Assembly (NCBI GenBank): GCA_964016885.1
Contig: OZ024743.1
Location: forward strand, 282,410,001-282,474,000
Reading direction: 5' to 3'
Length of the DNA: 64,000 nucleotides
Origin: Eledone cirrhosa
Lineage: Eukaryota
Shown here: piece by piece, positions 13,111 through 27,500 of the stretch
Position numbering within the stretch: position 1 is the stretch's first letter
How the letters are laid out: each line of letters starts with the position of its first letter
Translations under genes and position numbers: made by a program
Notes under the pieces: generated by a model
Databases searched by the model: none
The model's input: the letters and a program-made list of their open reading frames with translations, nothing else
What the model was told of the DNA's origin: nothing

Positions 13111-13256
13111 CTTGTCTCCACTTGTCTGTCTTCAATTCACATTTACACCACCTTAGCAAGCAGGGATATTTACATCCAACATAAACAAAATGTTTTGCTG
13201 CTCAGTGGTTCAACATCTGAAGATCAGTACCATATGTATATATATATATATATATA

Positions 13257-13612
13257 ACAAAGAGGGTGTGGTAGACCATAACGCACCAGAGTACTCAATA
13301 TTTAGGGTAGTAGAGTGGGTAATAGTAAAAGAATCAGGACCCAGACAGCTGAACTTTGGCCGTTTCGACAGCTAGATCCGAACTCAGTTCAGGTATAGCT
13401 GTTGAAATGTCCGGAGCTCAGCCATCGGGGTGATGACTCTTTTCCTAAATAACAGATTAAAGTTTAAGTAAAGAATCGCTGAAGAGTGAAAGCAACGATT
13501 CTTTGCTTAAACTTTAATCTGTTATTTTAATAAATATTTGCTCTACGGTTCTTATATATTTGATATATATTTATCCTTATCGTCTCCTCTTTCGATTTTA
13601 GTCTTCAAATTT
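13257..13612. repeat. Double fold-back (palindromic) element inside (TA)n
   Basis: Imperfect inverted repeat ~13327-13443 followed by a 32-bp-arm inverted repeat (13447-13478 / 13496-13527, one mismatch); (TA)n on both sides; modules shared with 55305-55531 and 31715-31935. Confidence 0.8.
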
Positions 13613-16600
13613 ATTATTATTACTATATATATATATATATATATATATAAAGAAAAAATAGTATCAAGAAGGAAACCTGGCTGTAAAATCCTGCCTAAAA
13701 AATAGTCTCACTTAACCCATGCCAGCATGGAAAATTGGAGGCAAAAACAATAATGGTGATTATAAAGATAGAGGAAGTTTACTTATTTGGTGTGGTAAAA
13801 ATGAAATCTATTAATATAAGAAATTTAATAACTATAGTTAAAGATATTTCATGTATAATTTAAGAGTGTATTATCATTATATTGTAAATTGTCTGTTTCT
13901 TATGTTATGTCTGTTTAACAATAATGTTTTATATTTGGGTTTTCAACAAAATACTTGTCACTCTTAATTTTGATTTTCTCTGACAATTTGTCAATTATAT
14001 ATAAATATATAATTAGAGACTCTAGCTATTGAAGCTAGAATATTGTTAAGAAATAGATTTGGTCAGTCAATTTTAATATTAAAAAGCTATCAATTTTTGT
14101 TCTTTTATGAATATATTCCATATATTTTAACCCTTTTGATACCAAACACTCCGAAACCACACTGTTTGTTTTAAAGGGGTTATATTTATCTAAAAACCTT
14201 CCATCATAATTTTATTATTGTTATTAAGTTGACGTTCCAAACGTCAACTTAATAACAAGAATTAATAATTACTCACTCACCCCAAATTCTTGTTAATTTT
14301 TAAAATTAATTGCAAACCAGAGGCAGTGTATTTCATTATAAATATAGTAAAAAAGTGTTCAAAGCCTGAAAAATATTTTGTAGTATTCTAACTCCATGTT
14401 TTATCCTCAAAATCGTTATCATTTTTACACTCACTTTTCCATACTTGCATAGGTTGGGTGGATCTTGGATGCTTTGTCTTGCCACTTATTGCGTGTCTTT
14501 ATCATCTCCTTTGTGTGAGGCACTACATTCTGAGACCAGCTTTCACCACTTCTGCCCATATCTTCCTTCCATTTGGATCTTCTGGTACTTTACCCAACTC
14601 ACATCATCTATATACATTATTACAATTTCTGTTTTATGTCTCTTGCTTTTGGAGCTTCATAATTTGTCTATACTTTAACTGAATGCAATTCTAAACAGAT
14701 TGTTTATTTCTTTCAATCAATATATATATATATATATATATATATGTTACTTCAAATTCTTTGAATATATGGATAGTTGATTATTTTATTTTCAAGAAGT
14801 TTTAAATTCGTAAGTGATATTAATTATCATTAAGATTTACTTTAATTTATCTAACAATCTGTGGAAGTAATTTTTATAGTTACAAGTAAAATAAGATGAA
14901 AAAAATTATTAGGCTTGCAATTAGAAAAAAATTTAGAAAGGATTATGAAAAAACATGGAATTTATGAGATTTCCCCAGTGTTTCATTGTAGATGAACTTG
15001 GTTATTAAATTTTGTGTTTGTGTATTATAGCAATAAAAATTAAATTGAATTTTTATATAGTACTTAAATTTTTATATAGTTTTTATATAGTACTATCTTC
15101 TGAAACAGTTGTGGAGAGACAAATTGGCATATAATCTGTTTTTTCTAATTAAGATATTATTACCAGAATTGTATTTTGATATTAACCAAAAATTTGAAAC
15201 TAGTTGAATAACATTCCCTGACTAAATAGTTAAGGAAAAAAAAAAAAGTAGTGAACTCTCCATGCAAAAAGCATCTAAGTACCAGGTGTTATTTTTTAGC
15301 CTCAGGACAAGTGTGATTGAGGAGACCTACTATGATCAGAAACATTCCTCTCACTTGCTTTTTTTTTCTGGCATAATGTACCTAAGGCTGTAGCATCCAT
15401 TGTGTCATTCCCTTTTTTAAAACAGTTGGACAAATGTTTCCAACTGTGTGTTACTACTAATTTCTAGGTGTCTCGAAACTAAGTCAAGTGTGATAATTTT
15501 TTAATGAATATTTGTTTGTGAGTAGGTTTGAGATTTAACAGCTCTGTGTACAATTAGATATTTAACTGGTGACACTTGATATATTTAATTGTCTATTTAT
15601 TAATTTTGTCAATTTCATGATACTGACAAAACCTCATGTATCATCATCATCTTCGTAAATCCATTTTTCCCTGCTAACAATTTTATTTTTGAAAAGTGGG
15701 ATGTTTGGAAAAGCTTTGCAGTAGGCTGTGATATGAATGAGATTTTGGCTGCTCTATCTTGCAGATCAAGCAACCATATAGAAGATTCCTGATTGGTTCA
15801 AGGTGGAGGTGCTAAGCCAGGTGATGAATTAGGTCTATCAATCAAAAAATTATTTTGTATTGTTAACATTTCATGAATGTGAAACTGTGATTAATGCTAG
15901 AGAGGGAATACATAAAACTGTTAATAAACAAAATACAACATTGCTACCACACTATGTATATAGACAGAACTGACCTACTTACTTAAATATATTGTACCAT
16001 CAGCACCAAATGTGTTAGAGCATATATCTATTTGGCTCTTGCTAGCTATGCTATAAATATGCTACTGCATATGTGATGAAGATATAAACTCATCATTGAG
16101 TTAGTCATCATAGAGTAGTAACAACACTGACAACAACAGAATTCAAATGAGTTAATAATTTCATCTTCTTGCATATTAATGGCAGTAGTTCTCCATCTTA
16201 ATTAGAATCCCTATATTCTTAGATATTATCGTCAGTATATTGGCATGTTACTGGAATCTGAATACAAGAATATTGTTTTACTAATATTTGCATGGATTTG
16301 CACTACATATGAATGTGCTAATAAGAATACTTATTCAAATATTCACTATTATTACATTTGTATTAAGTCTTCAGTGAGCACAAGAATTCTTTTCTTTTTT
16401 GTTTGTTTGTTTACTCTCCCTTTTAATCATTTTTATTGCTGTTTTTTTTTTTTTAACCAACTGCCTCATCTTCCTGCAGATGATGTAACTGCCAAATGTA
16501 TTAGATGATGATCCTTTAAATGCCATGGGGCATTTGAATCATTTTCATCATCATCATTTTTATTATGTCTTGGATGGATCATCCGAGATATATGGCACCA

Positions 16601-17125
16601 TGTCTGATACAGCAAATACTAGGATGAAGAAGTTTTAGTAAGCAGTGAAAACACCTACATAGCTACATGACCTGTTTTGTAGAGTTCTTGTCTTATCAAC
16701 CACTGAAATTAAGTTAAGCTGTGGTTCCGTTCAGTTTATGTGCTCAGAATGTAGTCATTATTATATTGTTTGCTGGTTAATAAATATTTTTACAAATTCC
16801 TTTTAGATTTATGTACTCTGCCCCTCATTCCTTACTTCTTATTTTAAAGTTATTTCTGAAGCTGAACATCCTACTTTATATATATGTGTGTGTGTAGCAT
16901 GGCTGAATGGTTAAAGAGTTTTCTTCACAATCATTAGATGCCAAGTTCGATCCCACTGGTGTCATTTACCATAACCATGGATCAACCTGGCCCTTTGTTA
17001 GTGAAATTGGTTAGAAGCCCTTCAAATGGATTGGGATTGTGCCTGTAATACAAAAGACCAGCCTTGTCACACAATGTGGCATCCTGAATCTCCCTGAGAA
17101 TTACGTTAAGAGTACACATGTATAT

Positions 17126-17303
17126 ATAATTGTTTCTACTTTTTGGCACAAGGCCAGCAATTATCCAGTGCATTACTGGTACTTTATTTTATCGACCCCC
17201 TAAGGATGAAAGCCAAAGTTAACCTCGGCAGGATTTGAACTCAGAATGGCTAGGGCCGTAACTCTACACGTCAAAGCATGGCGTCCGACCCTCTACCGAT
17301 ACT
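17126..17303 (-). mobile_element. SINE family A, short form
   Basis: Near-complete reverse-complement copy including B box and GCATGGCGTCCGACCCTCTACCGATAC head segment. Confidence 0.85.
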
Positions 17304-17421
17304 AATGCTTAGCTACTTACACATTAATTTCATACTGTATGATGTTCAATGTACAAGTGTAATGATACTGTTTTTAATTTACAATATTAGGTAAAATTGT
17401 AACACTGAAATGTTAATTACC

Positions 17422-17611
17422 TTAACCCTTTAGAATTTACATTACTCTATATTTACTATTGTATTTCACGTTAAACGCTTTATCTCACATAATATGGAAT
17501 CTATGAGATTTTGATATTATTTATTTTGAGAACAATACCTTAATGTCAGTATTAGTAGCCAGTTATAGCTGGTTTGAACAGAAAGAGGCTAGAGAATTCT
17601 GTCTGGGTTAA
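17422..17611. mobile_element. piggyBac-like MITE
   Basis: Bounded by TTAA|CCC (17422-17428) and GGG|TTAA (17605-17611); an inverted homolog lies at ~51615-51789 ending AAAGGG|TTAA. A related TTAACCCTTTTG...CAAAAGGG.TAA family occurs at ~8722-8955, 14128-14360, 17880-18087, 62540-62680 and 63788-63900. Confidence 0.55.
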
Positions 17612-18180
17612 AGTTTTGAAATCTCAACTATTCAAATTGCCCTCTTTTGGGGTATGTGCCCCATGTTCAGAATCACTACTCTAATTAGTGGCGCAACTTG
17701 TTAGAAATAACAGCCCAAACCACCTTCTGATGTCTTTAAAAGAAGGAAGAACACATTATATAATTAATGTATGTAGTTGGAAAAAAAAGAAAAGATGGTC
17801 ATGGTTTGTGATAGGTGCTAATGAAAAGTTTCGTTCACCATAAACAGTTGGAATACTGATAATTTGATAAGTGATGAGCTTAACCATTTCATGACTATAT
17901 TTCCAATGAAATACACTCTATTTCAATTAATTAAAGAAGAATTTGGAAAGATTTATTAAAATTATTATTTCATTACTAAGATATCTAATATAACATATGG
18001 TTCTTATATAAAATTAAATCGAAAGTAGGTGGTTTTGTTTCATAGAACCTGAGCCAGTTTTAGCCAGGTTGGTATCAAAAGGGCTAAATCTTCCCTTGTA
18101 TTAGACTTAATACCTTGAAATCTTGGGATAATCTCTAGTGGGCTTTAATAAACAAGAGTGAATAAAATAGTGCTACATAA

Positions 18181-18362
18181 ATAATTGTTTCTACTTTTGG
18201 CACAAGGCAATTACCCAGTGTATTACTGGTACTTTATTTTATCGACCCCGTAAGGATGAAAGGCGAAGTTAACCTCGGCGGGATATGAACTCAGATCATA
18301 AAGGGACACAACCCTATGCTTCAAAGCATGGTGTCCGACTCTCTACCGATACTGCCAATCCA
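18181..18362 (-). mobile_element. SINE family A, short form
   Basis: Near-complete reverse-complement copy. Confidence 0.85.
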
Positions 18363-18469
18363 TGTTTGGAAAATATATATACATACCCTGCGATGATATA
18401 TATAAAACTAATGAAGGAGGCTAGATATAATCAGGGTTTCCGTTTCCTCAACAAAGTTTCAGGTCTCTG

Positions 18470-20990
18470 ATACTGTAGATTTGGTTGGAGGATAGAAACT
18501 TCACTATTCAGGTGTGGTGCCAGAAATGACTACACAGGCAGGAGTGGGAATACTCACAAGCCCCCTTCTGTCAGAATTTGTTATAGATTGGATCCCATTG
18601 GGAAGGAGGATTTGCCTCATGAAGCTTAGGTTGAAAGAAAGTGATGTAAGTACCAAACAGAGAGTCCAAATGCAATCAGTCTTTGATGAAGTCACTGCAG
18701 CATTAGTTGTAGTTAAGACTGAGTCATATATCCTGATGGGAGATTGCAATGCACATGTTGGCACTGACCACCTGACATGGAAAAAATCGATTGGAAGGAA
18801 CAGAAATCCTGATCTAAATGTGAATGGAGAGGCCTTATTAGACTTCTATTCTAGTAATGGGCTCTATTATGAATACCTTCCTGCACAAAGTCATCCATAA
18901 ATACACATGGTAAAAGGGGGTTTGAGGAGAGGTCAATAATCGATTTTGTTATTGTCTCTGACTTCTTTGATTCTATGCTGGATATCCGTGATAAGAGAGA
19001 GGTTGAGCTGTCAACTGATCACCATCTAGTTATCAGCAACCTGAGACTACCTAAAGCCAAAAAAGCCCACAAAACTGGCAGATTCAGCTCAATCTACAGG
19101 ATAAAGTGGAAAGCACTGGTGAATAAAGAAGTCAGGACCAGGTATGCAGATACTATTTCATCCAGATTCAAATAACTTTGTGAGCAAACTGAAGATATTG
19201 AAATTGAGTGGTGACTGTTCAACTCAACAGTTTCTGCTTTAGCTGTTAAATTCTGTATATGAAAGCAGCTTGGTGTGTTGCCATGTGGCAGGAGGACCCC
19301 TTGGTTTAATCAAAAGTTCAAATATGCCCTCTTTCCACTTGCAGCACAAGCAGGCATGAAAAGTCACAGCAGAGACAGTAAAGGCGTAAAGGCATCTAAA
19401 GTTAAGACATGGGAAGACTTTGAGGTTAAGTTTGAATTCGATATCAGATCAGCAAATAAAGTATTCTGGCAGACAATCAGCTGACTTCATAATATGAATT
19501 CCTCCTTCATGCCTGCCTTCAGGCACTCATCTGGGGTTCCCTCTTGAGAGATGTGCATCCTCACGAGGTGGAGAGAATATTTTGCTTGATGTATATGAAG
19601 TGCATCTGTAAGCGATGAGTAACTTCTCAGAGGCTGAGATCACAAAAACAATTAAAAAGTTCAAATATGGCAAGACCTCATGGGAGGGATGAAATTCGGC
19701 CTGAGATGTTAAAAGCTTTATATAGAGAAGGTATTCTCCGGCTGACTTATGTGTGCTGGGTGGCCAGGATATCTGGAAAGACACTTAAGCAATGACAATC
19801 AGGAGTGATAATCCCAATTTTCAAGAAGGGAGACAAACAAGATTGCTCTAATTATAGAGGGACCTCCTTGTTAAGCCTCCTTGCTGAAGTCTATGTTCAG
19901 TGTCTGACAAAGAAAAGTAAGTCCAAGTTATCTGACTGTGGCTTTTGCCCTAAAAGCAGCACAGCCGACCAAATATTCACACTTGGCAGGTCTTTGAGAA
20001 AATGTGAGAGTATTGCCAAGAGGTGTATGCTTGTTTTGTAGACCTCGCAAAGGCATATGACCACATTACACTGAACCTGCAGTAGTATCGAATTGATGGA
20101 CAGCTTCTTGTTGCCCTGATGTCTCTATATGAATGCTCTGGTAAACCATTCAATTTGAGTGTCAGACTCTGACACGGGTGCGTACTGTCACCTCTCTTAA
20201 TATATTCATAGACAGGATTGACATGTGCAGCTGGGTCAGAAGGAGTATCAAGACTGGTGAATGTAGGATCAGTTGGTTGGAATTTGCAGAAAATATGGTA
20301 TTACTTAACTTGTCAGAAGGTGATCTGTGACAGACACTCGATAGGTTTGCTTCTGAGTATTGCATGGTAGGAATGAAAATCAGTGCTGCAATGACTGAGA
20401 CACTCATCCTCACAAGGAGGTCTGCACAGTGCACTCTACATGTGTGTAGAGTTCAAGTATCTCAGGGCTGTGTTCATGAGTGATGGAAGGGAGAAAGCTG
20501 AATTAAGTGCCAAAATTGCAGGAGCTGGTGCAGCAATGCACCACTTCAACATTCGGTAATCAGAAGAAGAGAGGTAGGTGTGAAAGCCAAACTCGCTGTC
20601 TTCAATTTGGTATTCGTACCAATCATTAGCTATGGCCATGAATGAATCTTGGGTTATGACCAAAAGAATACAATTGCAAATACAAGCAGCCAAAATGGGA
20701 TCCTCCAAATGGTCTTTGGAACAACATTACTCGATATAGTGTCTATCTTGGAGATCAGAGGGTTGCTCCAGGAAGAGTCACTACTTCTCCGAATTGAGAG
20801 ATCACAGCTCCAATAGTACAGTCGTAATTAAAATGTCTCAGGAACGAATTGCGGGACAGATTTTATAGGCAAAACCAACCAGCAGAAGACACAGGGCTAG
20901 ACTCCAAGTAAGATGGTTAGATAACATCCATGAGCCCAACTGGTCTTGCTTGGGGATTCAGCAGGGTTAATTGGAGATGGTTGCTTCACT
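18470..20990 (+). pseudogene. Decayed RTE-clade LINE (APE endonuclease plus reverse transcriptase)
   Basis: Ordered but frameshifted motifs: AGVGILTSP, LMGDCNAHVG, STDHHLV (APE); IIPIFKKGDKQDCSNYRGTSLLS, DQIFTL, VDLAKAYD (RT); RWLDNI at the C-terminus; many stops. Confidence 0.9.
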
Positions 20991-21713
20991 TATTCTTTGT
21001 TATTTCATGATTTTGAAATTTTGTGGAAGATGGGAAGATAAAATACAAAAATATGTTGTGATCTCAGTTCTAATTATGAACCAAGCTAATAAGGGAGCAT
21101 CTACGTGGTCACTTGATCCTGTAATAAATAACAGCCAAATCTAGTCCTGGAAAAAAAAATCAGTTGGCCATGACTGGAATGCTTATAAGCACAACTTTGT
21201 TCATCTTGGGCTAAATAACAACTAATTATGAACAATAATAATGATGCTAATGGCAACAATAATAATAGTGTTAATGAATATAAATTGTAGTTTCCTTTTA
21301 TTTTTAGTTGGTAATTGACAACTTCATAATAATGTGCTAGATTATTTAAATTCATTAGAATTCTAAAGTCACTCAAACAGAACAGCTTTCAATGTTAAGT
21401 GTCAGCAAATAGAATTTTTTTCTAAGATTCTGCCAATTTTTGTTTTGATGATTTAGCGTAAAAGTACTCACAAAGATTGATCAGTTGAAAATCTTTGAAC
21501 CGGTTTCTAAAAATTTCAAACAAGATAAAAATGGCTACACAACTTGAACTACAGTTTATATCCTTTGAAATTTGTCATGAATTAAAAAAAATCTTTGTCG
21601 TAATTATTTACTGTGGCTATGAATTTGCCTTTCATCTTCCTAGAACGATGGAAATAAGTACCAGTCAAGTACTGGGGGTTGATTTAATTAACTTGTCTTC
21701 TTTAATAATGTGA

Positions 21714-21995
21714 AGGCTTGTGACCTTGTGGTTAGGGTGTTTGTTTCACAAAAAAGAATGGCGGGGGGGGGGGGGGGGGGGGGGGCGGGCTGATCCTTGG
21801 ATCGAGCAATGTGTTGTGTCTTTGAGCTAGACACTTCAGATCATGTTGCTCCAGTTCTCTGATAGCAACTGAGGGGAGAGAGGTAACCTGTGATGGACTG
21901 GTATCCAATCCACAGGTATGTTTTGTACTTTCAGTAGTTTAACACCACATGAAACAGGCATAAGCTCTAGTCTGATGAGCCACTAAACTCAAGAG
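21714..21995 (+). mobile_element. tRNA-head SINE, family C, with internal poly-G run
   Basis: GGCTTGTGACCTTGTGGTTAGGGTGTT head and TTGAGC.AGACACTTCA...GTTGCTCCAGT body; similar copies at ~36085-36200, ~41688-41815, ~40310-40405 (-) and a head at the window end (~63975-64000). Confidence 0.5.
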
Positions 21996-23389
21996 AGACT
22001 TCAACTTTTTAACTTTTAAATCACCATTCGCCAAATGTGTGTTCTTGTGTCAACAATCTATATTAGATCGTTAAACTTATTTGAATCCCCTGCTTGAATT
22101 TAACACATATTGAACTATTTGAAATTACTCATAATTCAGAGTTATTTTGAGCAAATACATAAGATTTGACCTCTGTTTACCAAGTAGACCTCCTATGCGA
22201 TGCAATCTGATGGAAAGCCAGTTAAACATATTAGGAGTGAGCTGTAATAACAAAAACAAATATTAGATGTAAAATTGAACCACTACTGAATCACCAACAT
22301 ATACTTTGTTTATACAATTACAGAAACATTTCAATTTCATTTTTTTACCTTCCAGTCTACAAATGTGAGCAAAAGAGGTATTACTAAAACCCATTTGATA
22401 CCAAACTGTCCCTAGTTATATGGTACCAAACTGTTTATTCATTATCATCATCCTCATTATTTAACATCCATTTTCTCTGCTTGTAAGGGTTGGGCAGGTT
22501 TTCAAGCAGGGTTACTGATCTCACAGATGGACTGGGGACCTGCATCTCACTTACATACAGTACCATACTCTATTGAGTGCATTTTATCAACACACCACTA
22601 CTAGGGAGGTTGTAATTCTTTGACAACTGAAGAGTCCTCCCAACTCTTTGGTAAGCTTTCTAGAGCTGAATGCCTTTCCTATTACAAACCACTGGGTGCG
22701 TTTATCATGTAGATCACCAACACTAGGGAGGTTGTCATGTCTTTGACTCAACTGAAGCATCCTCCCAACTCTAAACCTTTCATCATAATTTTATGTAAGA
22801 AACTTTAAGTTATGTTCCAAACACCAGCTTAATAATGAGAAAATGATATTACTAAATCTCCAAATTTTTGATTATTTTCTAAATTCTTTGAAAATTATAT
22901 GCAGTGATGTTCTTGATAAATATTGTCATGAAAGGGCTAAAAAAAAAAGGAACAGGTACAAACCCCTCTCACTATATGAATCAGTTAGTTGTGTCAGTAT
23001 TGAGTACACCTCTTGCTTAACATCTGTAGTCTGTAGTGGGAAGATTCAATGGACATGCTATTTGTAAATGTTGTTGTTTAGCCCTGATCAAACAGATATA
23101 TGGCACAGATAAATAGTTGTTGTGTAGCCACCGGCTAACCCCAGTTGAGCAGACCTAACACATATAATTTATTTAGCCGAACATTTACTGTTTTGAAGAT
23201 GGTAGGGTGTGGTTTGAAGGAGATTCACCTGCTATTTCTTTTGTCATTTAGCTCCACGTTGGCCATGATCATCCGTTTTTTTTCAGGCATAGTATACCTC
23301 ATACTATGTTATCCAATCTATCTTTTTAAGAGGATATGGTGTGATTTGGAGGAGATTTGGTTGCTATTCCCAGATTCCCCACTTGGAAA

Positions 23390-23870
23390 AGTAATTTTTC
23401 AACCCTCCAAGTATCGGTTGCTCTCCGACAGGTTTGCGGTCGTGCCCCTAGCAGTGGAGACTTCTGGTGCCCTTGGCCCACCTCCCTACTTACCACCATA
23501 AGTGCTGAGCTGGCTAGCTACAGGTGTGAGCCTCGCGAGATGGAATGGCTCTTCCAGCACATCTCCCTTACCATCCTTTGTGGAAACGCCTTCTCCATTC
23601 TGTCTGCCGGTGCTATGGGGCGGTCAACACGTGGGACCCAAATTGTTTATAATACAAAGAGATGGGGAGGGTAAGACAGATGGAGGCAATGACAGTGGGA
23701 ATTTGGCTCTTCCGTGTTCTCAGCCGGTGTGCAGCGTCAGTTGTCTGTAGGAAGGTAGTGGTTTGTACTTAGCGAAGGTTTTTAGAACCGTGTGTTTGCG
23801 ATTCCTGCATGTTTTATTATCCAACAGGGAAATCTAGCGGGATTGTAGATTGCTTCTCTTGGTGTCATAA
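23390..23870. mobile_element. GC-rich island, probable transposon fragment (family unresolved)
   Basis: Abrupt rise in GC and CpG content relative to the flanks; no motif I can name with confidence. Confidence 0.3.
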
Positions 23871-24535
23871 GTACTTTTTCTATTTCCTTCCATGCTACAC
23901 AATCACAATTTGTTCTACTTCGATTAAAACAAAATTTTTTAAAAAGGTATTTAAATTGACAAATTTCAATAAATATTCCTCAAAAGAGTATGAAGTTGAT
24001 TGTCATCATTAAATTTTAGTTTAAATATCCTTGATTTAATTAATGCTTGCTATATCTATGATAAATTTTACTTAATTATTCTTTGATCGCTAGTTAAATG
24101 TTGTTCACTAACTAGTATATTTAATTAAACCCATTGTCTTATTGCTAACTAATCTATACATTTGAGAACTGGAAAATAAAATTTCGTTTTCTAAATTTTT
24201 GTCCTCGACTGCACTTATTCTTTTAGAAGGCAAATTTCCTACATCTTTCAATATATATATCTAAAAATGTTGCTTTTTATAGAGAAATAAATATATTATA
24301 ATATTTGATAGTAATTGCTGAAATTATAATCTCAATAGCTTAATTAGGATGAGCTTATTGATTTTTTTCTATAATTTTACAGAGAATTTTTCTCCCTCTT
24401 ACTCCGTTACTCCCTTTCCCTCTCTTTGATAATTAATGACTTTTGTTCTTAGCTTCATTTATTTACTACAGTAGAATATATTCGGCTACTTTTCTTATGC
24501 AAATGTGGAACGAGTATAAAAGCAATATGTATGTG

Positions 24536-24588
<53 letters not shown>

Positions 24589-24894
24589 TAGCAGTTTAGC
24601 CCGGCATTGCTCGGGTTTGTTCATTTGCTATGAAAAGTTACATACAGGTAAACGTAGCTTGAAAGCACATAAGCTTATCAATTAAGTGCATAAAGCAGTT
24701 GAACCGGTTATTAATAGTTATGAACCAATTAGCATTTTGGACAATCAATGATGGGTTAATAATCTTCCAATAGCGAATTTAGTAGACCAAAGTTGCAAGA
24801 TGGTGGCCTTGTTGCCGCTAGGTGTCAGATCTGTTCGCTATGGGTGACCCTACCAGTTTTCCAGATGGCATAGCTCCAACACCTGCACCAACAT

Positions 24895-27500
24895 CTATAC
24901 CACCCTTTTGTAGATGATATTGCGTGTCATCCCTTGAGGAGTGTAAGCAAAAGGTCCATTCCTGCTCCCTACGCGGGAACAGGCAACATAAAGTTGGCCA
25001 TGGGAGAAATATGGCTCCCCCAAATGGATGCCCGCCACCGACAATGTTTGCCCTTGTGACTTGTTAATGGACATGGCAAAACATGGTCTCACCGGGAATT
25101 GGGATCGCCGGAAATCGAACGGGATATCTGATACCGAGGGGAAAAGGTTCATCCTTGGAATGAAAACATTCTCCTCTCTCCCGCACCCTGTTACAATGGT
25201 GGCCTCAATCAAGTGGGGCGTCAGTGACTTGACGACCATGCGAGTACCGTTGCACTGCTTTGGTGGACGCAAGTTCCTTATTAGCATAATGGGACAGCCA
25301 ACCCTAAGCTTAAGAATGTGAGGTGGGTGCCCTGGGGGCTCAAGGGAATTTAATAACTCAACCGGATAATTAACGATATCATCGGGGTCTGATGTCCGAT
25401 CGATAGATTTGAAGATGTGTTCTTTACCGGGCATCTTCTCAATCAGCTGCTCGTTAATAAAATTAACCATGGTATTTTTCGGAGCAAGGATGGCTCTTTC
25501 CCTGAGCCTATCGAGGTTTTTAAAGTTAGATGAGACATTAGGAAAAACTGCTTCCCAAAGGTCAGAAGGGCTGCTCACAATGTTGCACAGCGAGTCGATT
25601 GCTATGCCGCCCTTGTCATCCGCAGGGACCTTGCCCTCACCAAGTGCTCAAATATTCTGAGCAAATACTGCAGACATGTCACCATGCAAATGATCACGCA
25701 TACCTGTGCTCAGGTACAAACTCTTCACCTGGAGCCACAACATGGACGACTTAAGGCAGGCACGCACTTCATCAACTCTTGTCCCTTTGGGGATGACAGG
25801 CAGCGTTTGCTGAAAATCCCCTGATAGCAGAAGGGTTACGCCACCCATAGGAACTGTAGAATCCCTAATGTCTGTCAGGGTCCTGTCCAATGCCTCAAGG
25901 GCACCCTTGTGTGCCATTGTGCACTCATCCCAAACGAGGCAACATTTTTTGAGAACCAGAGCTTCGTGTGAACTCTTGCTGATATTGCATGTTGGTGTCT
26001 CAGTTTTTACTAAATCCAAGGGGAGTTTAAAGGTTGAATGTGCTGTCCTGCTTCCTGGCAGCAAAGTAGCAGCGATCCCGGACAGTGCAACGGCCAACGC
26101 ATTTTTTTTCTCCTGGCGAATCTTAGCGAGAATCAATTTTGTTATATAAGTTTTTCTGGTACCCCCAGGAGCATCGAGAAAGTAAATACCCCCAGTCTGA
26201 TTTTGAACCGCGTTAAATAGGCCAACCTTTGCTCCGACAGAAGTTTTGGCTCATTTTCCTCTTTGAAGCAAAATGGCAAAGAGTTCCCGTAGACCTTTAG
26301 GTGATTTCAACAAAGCACCCTCTGCTAAAGTGGAATCCCATTGCGAATCATCTTCCAAAAGACCACGCTTAAAGCAGGCTTCCCGGTACATATCACATAT
26401 TTCTCCATCAACAGTTTTGAGGTCCTGAAAACTTTGTGGGCCTACAACTTCATGCAGAAGAAGGCGGAGATGAAAGCACTCATGCTGACTTGGGGGCACA
26501 GTGTAAACCCTTCCAAGACAGCTGTCAAATTTTAAACCAGGATGTCTTTCAGCAGCCTGACCTGACTTACTTCGCACCCAAGTGTTTTTCGACCATATAA
26601 AGTAGGATGGAACCTGGGAGTACACAATTGTTTGCGCAAATGTATCGAACTGGCAAAGTTTGAAGAAACCCGTCAGAGTGGTCTCTTTCGGATCGGCGGC
26701 CAACTTGGCGGCGGTTTGGTCCGTAAAGGAAACCCTTTGCCCATTTTCCAAATGTACCGCAAGCTGTACGATGGCGGGGTGACGTTGGTGTAGGGATAAA
26801 CCAAATAGGCACCAAAAAGCTTCATTGCTACTGATGTACCACCCCGCCAGGTATTCTGTGACCTCGTCCCTGCTATTTTCAGCTTGAAATGCAAACATTG
26901 CGGCATCAGAGCCCTTATTTACATATTTGCATATGTATTTTATCGACTTGACGGAGTTGTAAAACTCAGAGTTGATGTGGGCGTTGAACATCTTCAAGAG
27001 AAGCGGGCAGTAAGGGACCACCCATCTATTGTCGACTTGACCTCCCCTTACTGTTGTGGTGAAGCCACCGTTTTCGGGCCGTCTCCGCCTGTACAGGGGG
27101 TACCAGACTCAGTCTGAGTCTGGTCAACACATTTTTTTGGGTATCCCTTACTGCACGACGTCCCTTTCAGACACGTGTGATGCTCATTAGGACCCGACGC
27201 TCACGGACCATGTTAGCTTTGACGATGTCATGTAATTCCTGGTCAGTTGCTGGGTTAGGGAAATCAGCCGAAATGAAGTTGTCTATGGCATTTGAATTGA
27301 TTTTATCAGCTAACCAAATCAAAATGTGAGCATGTGGCAGCTCTCGTTTTTGCCATTCGACGGTGAACATGTCACATTTTACAGCCCCAAATACCTGACC
27401 TTTTTGATTAAAGCCATGAGTTTAGCTAGTTTCAGTCTGAACACTCTGGCAATGAGGTCATGTCTGTTTGAATAATTTTGCCCAGGAAAATGTTCACGGG
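24895..27500 (-). pseudogene. Helitron RepHel (HUH Rep plus PIF1-family SF1B helicase), disrupted
   Basis: Rep: RHDLIARVF, VEWQKRELPHAHILIW (HUH motif), KYICKYVNKG (catalytic Tyr motif). Helicase: FLDAPGGTRKT (Walker A with G>R), WDECTM, LLLSGDFQQTLPV, RAILAPKN, CNGTR, QFPVRPCFAMSINKSQGQTL, FSHGQLYVACSRV. Split over at least four ORFs; N-terminus missing. Confidence 0.95.

Noticed and set aside
13479-13495. CTGAAGA-GT-GAAA as a hammerhead core
   Set aside because: No stem II or stem III/UH, and the homologous position in the 31.8-kb copy does not keep the motif.
21763-21785. Poly-G/poly-C runs (also ~38715-38734, 46400-46414, 59952-59967) as functional G-quadruplexes
   Set aside because: Mostly slippage expansions inside SINE copies; homopolymer length is also error-prone.
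21950-21995. GAAAC...CTGATGAG as a type II hammerhead
   Set aside because: Stems I and III cannot be formed around the cores; part of a SINE tail.
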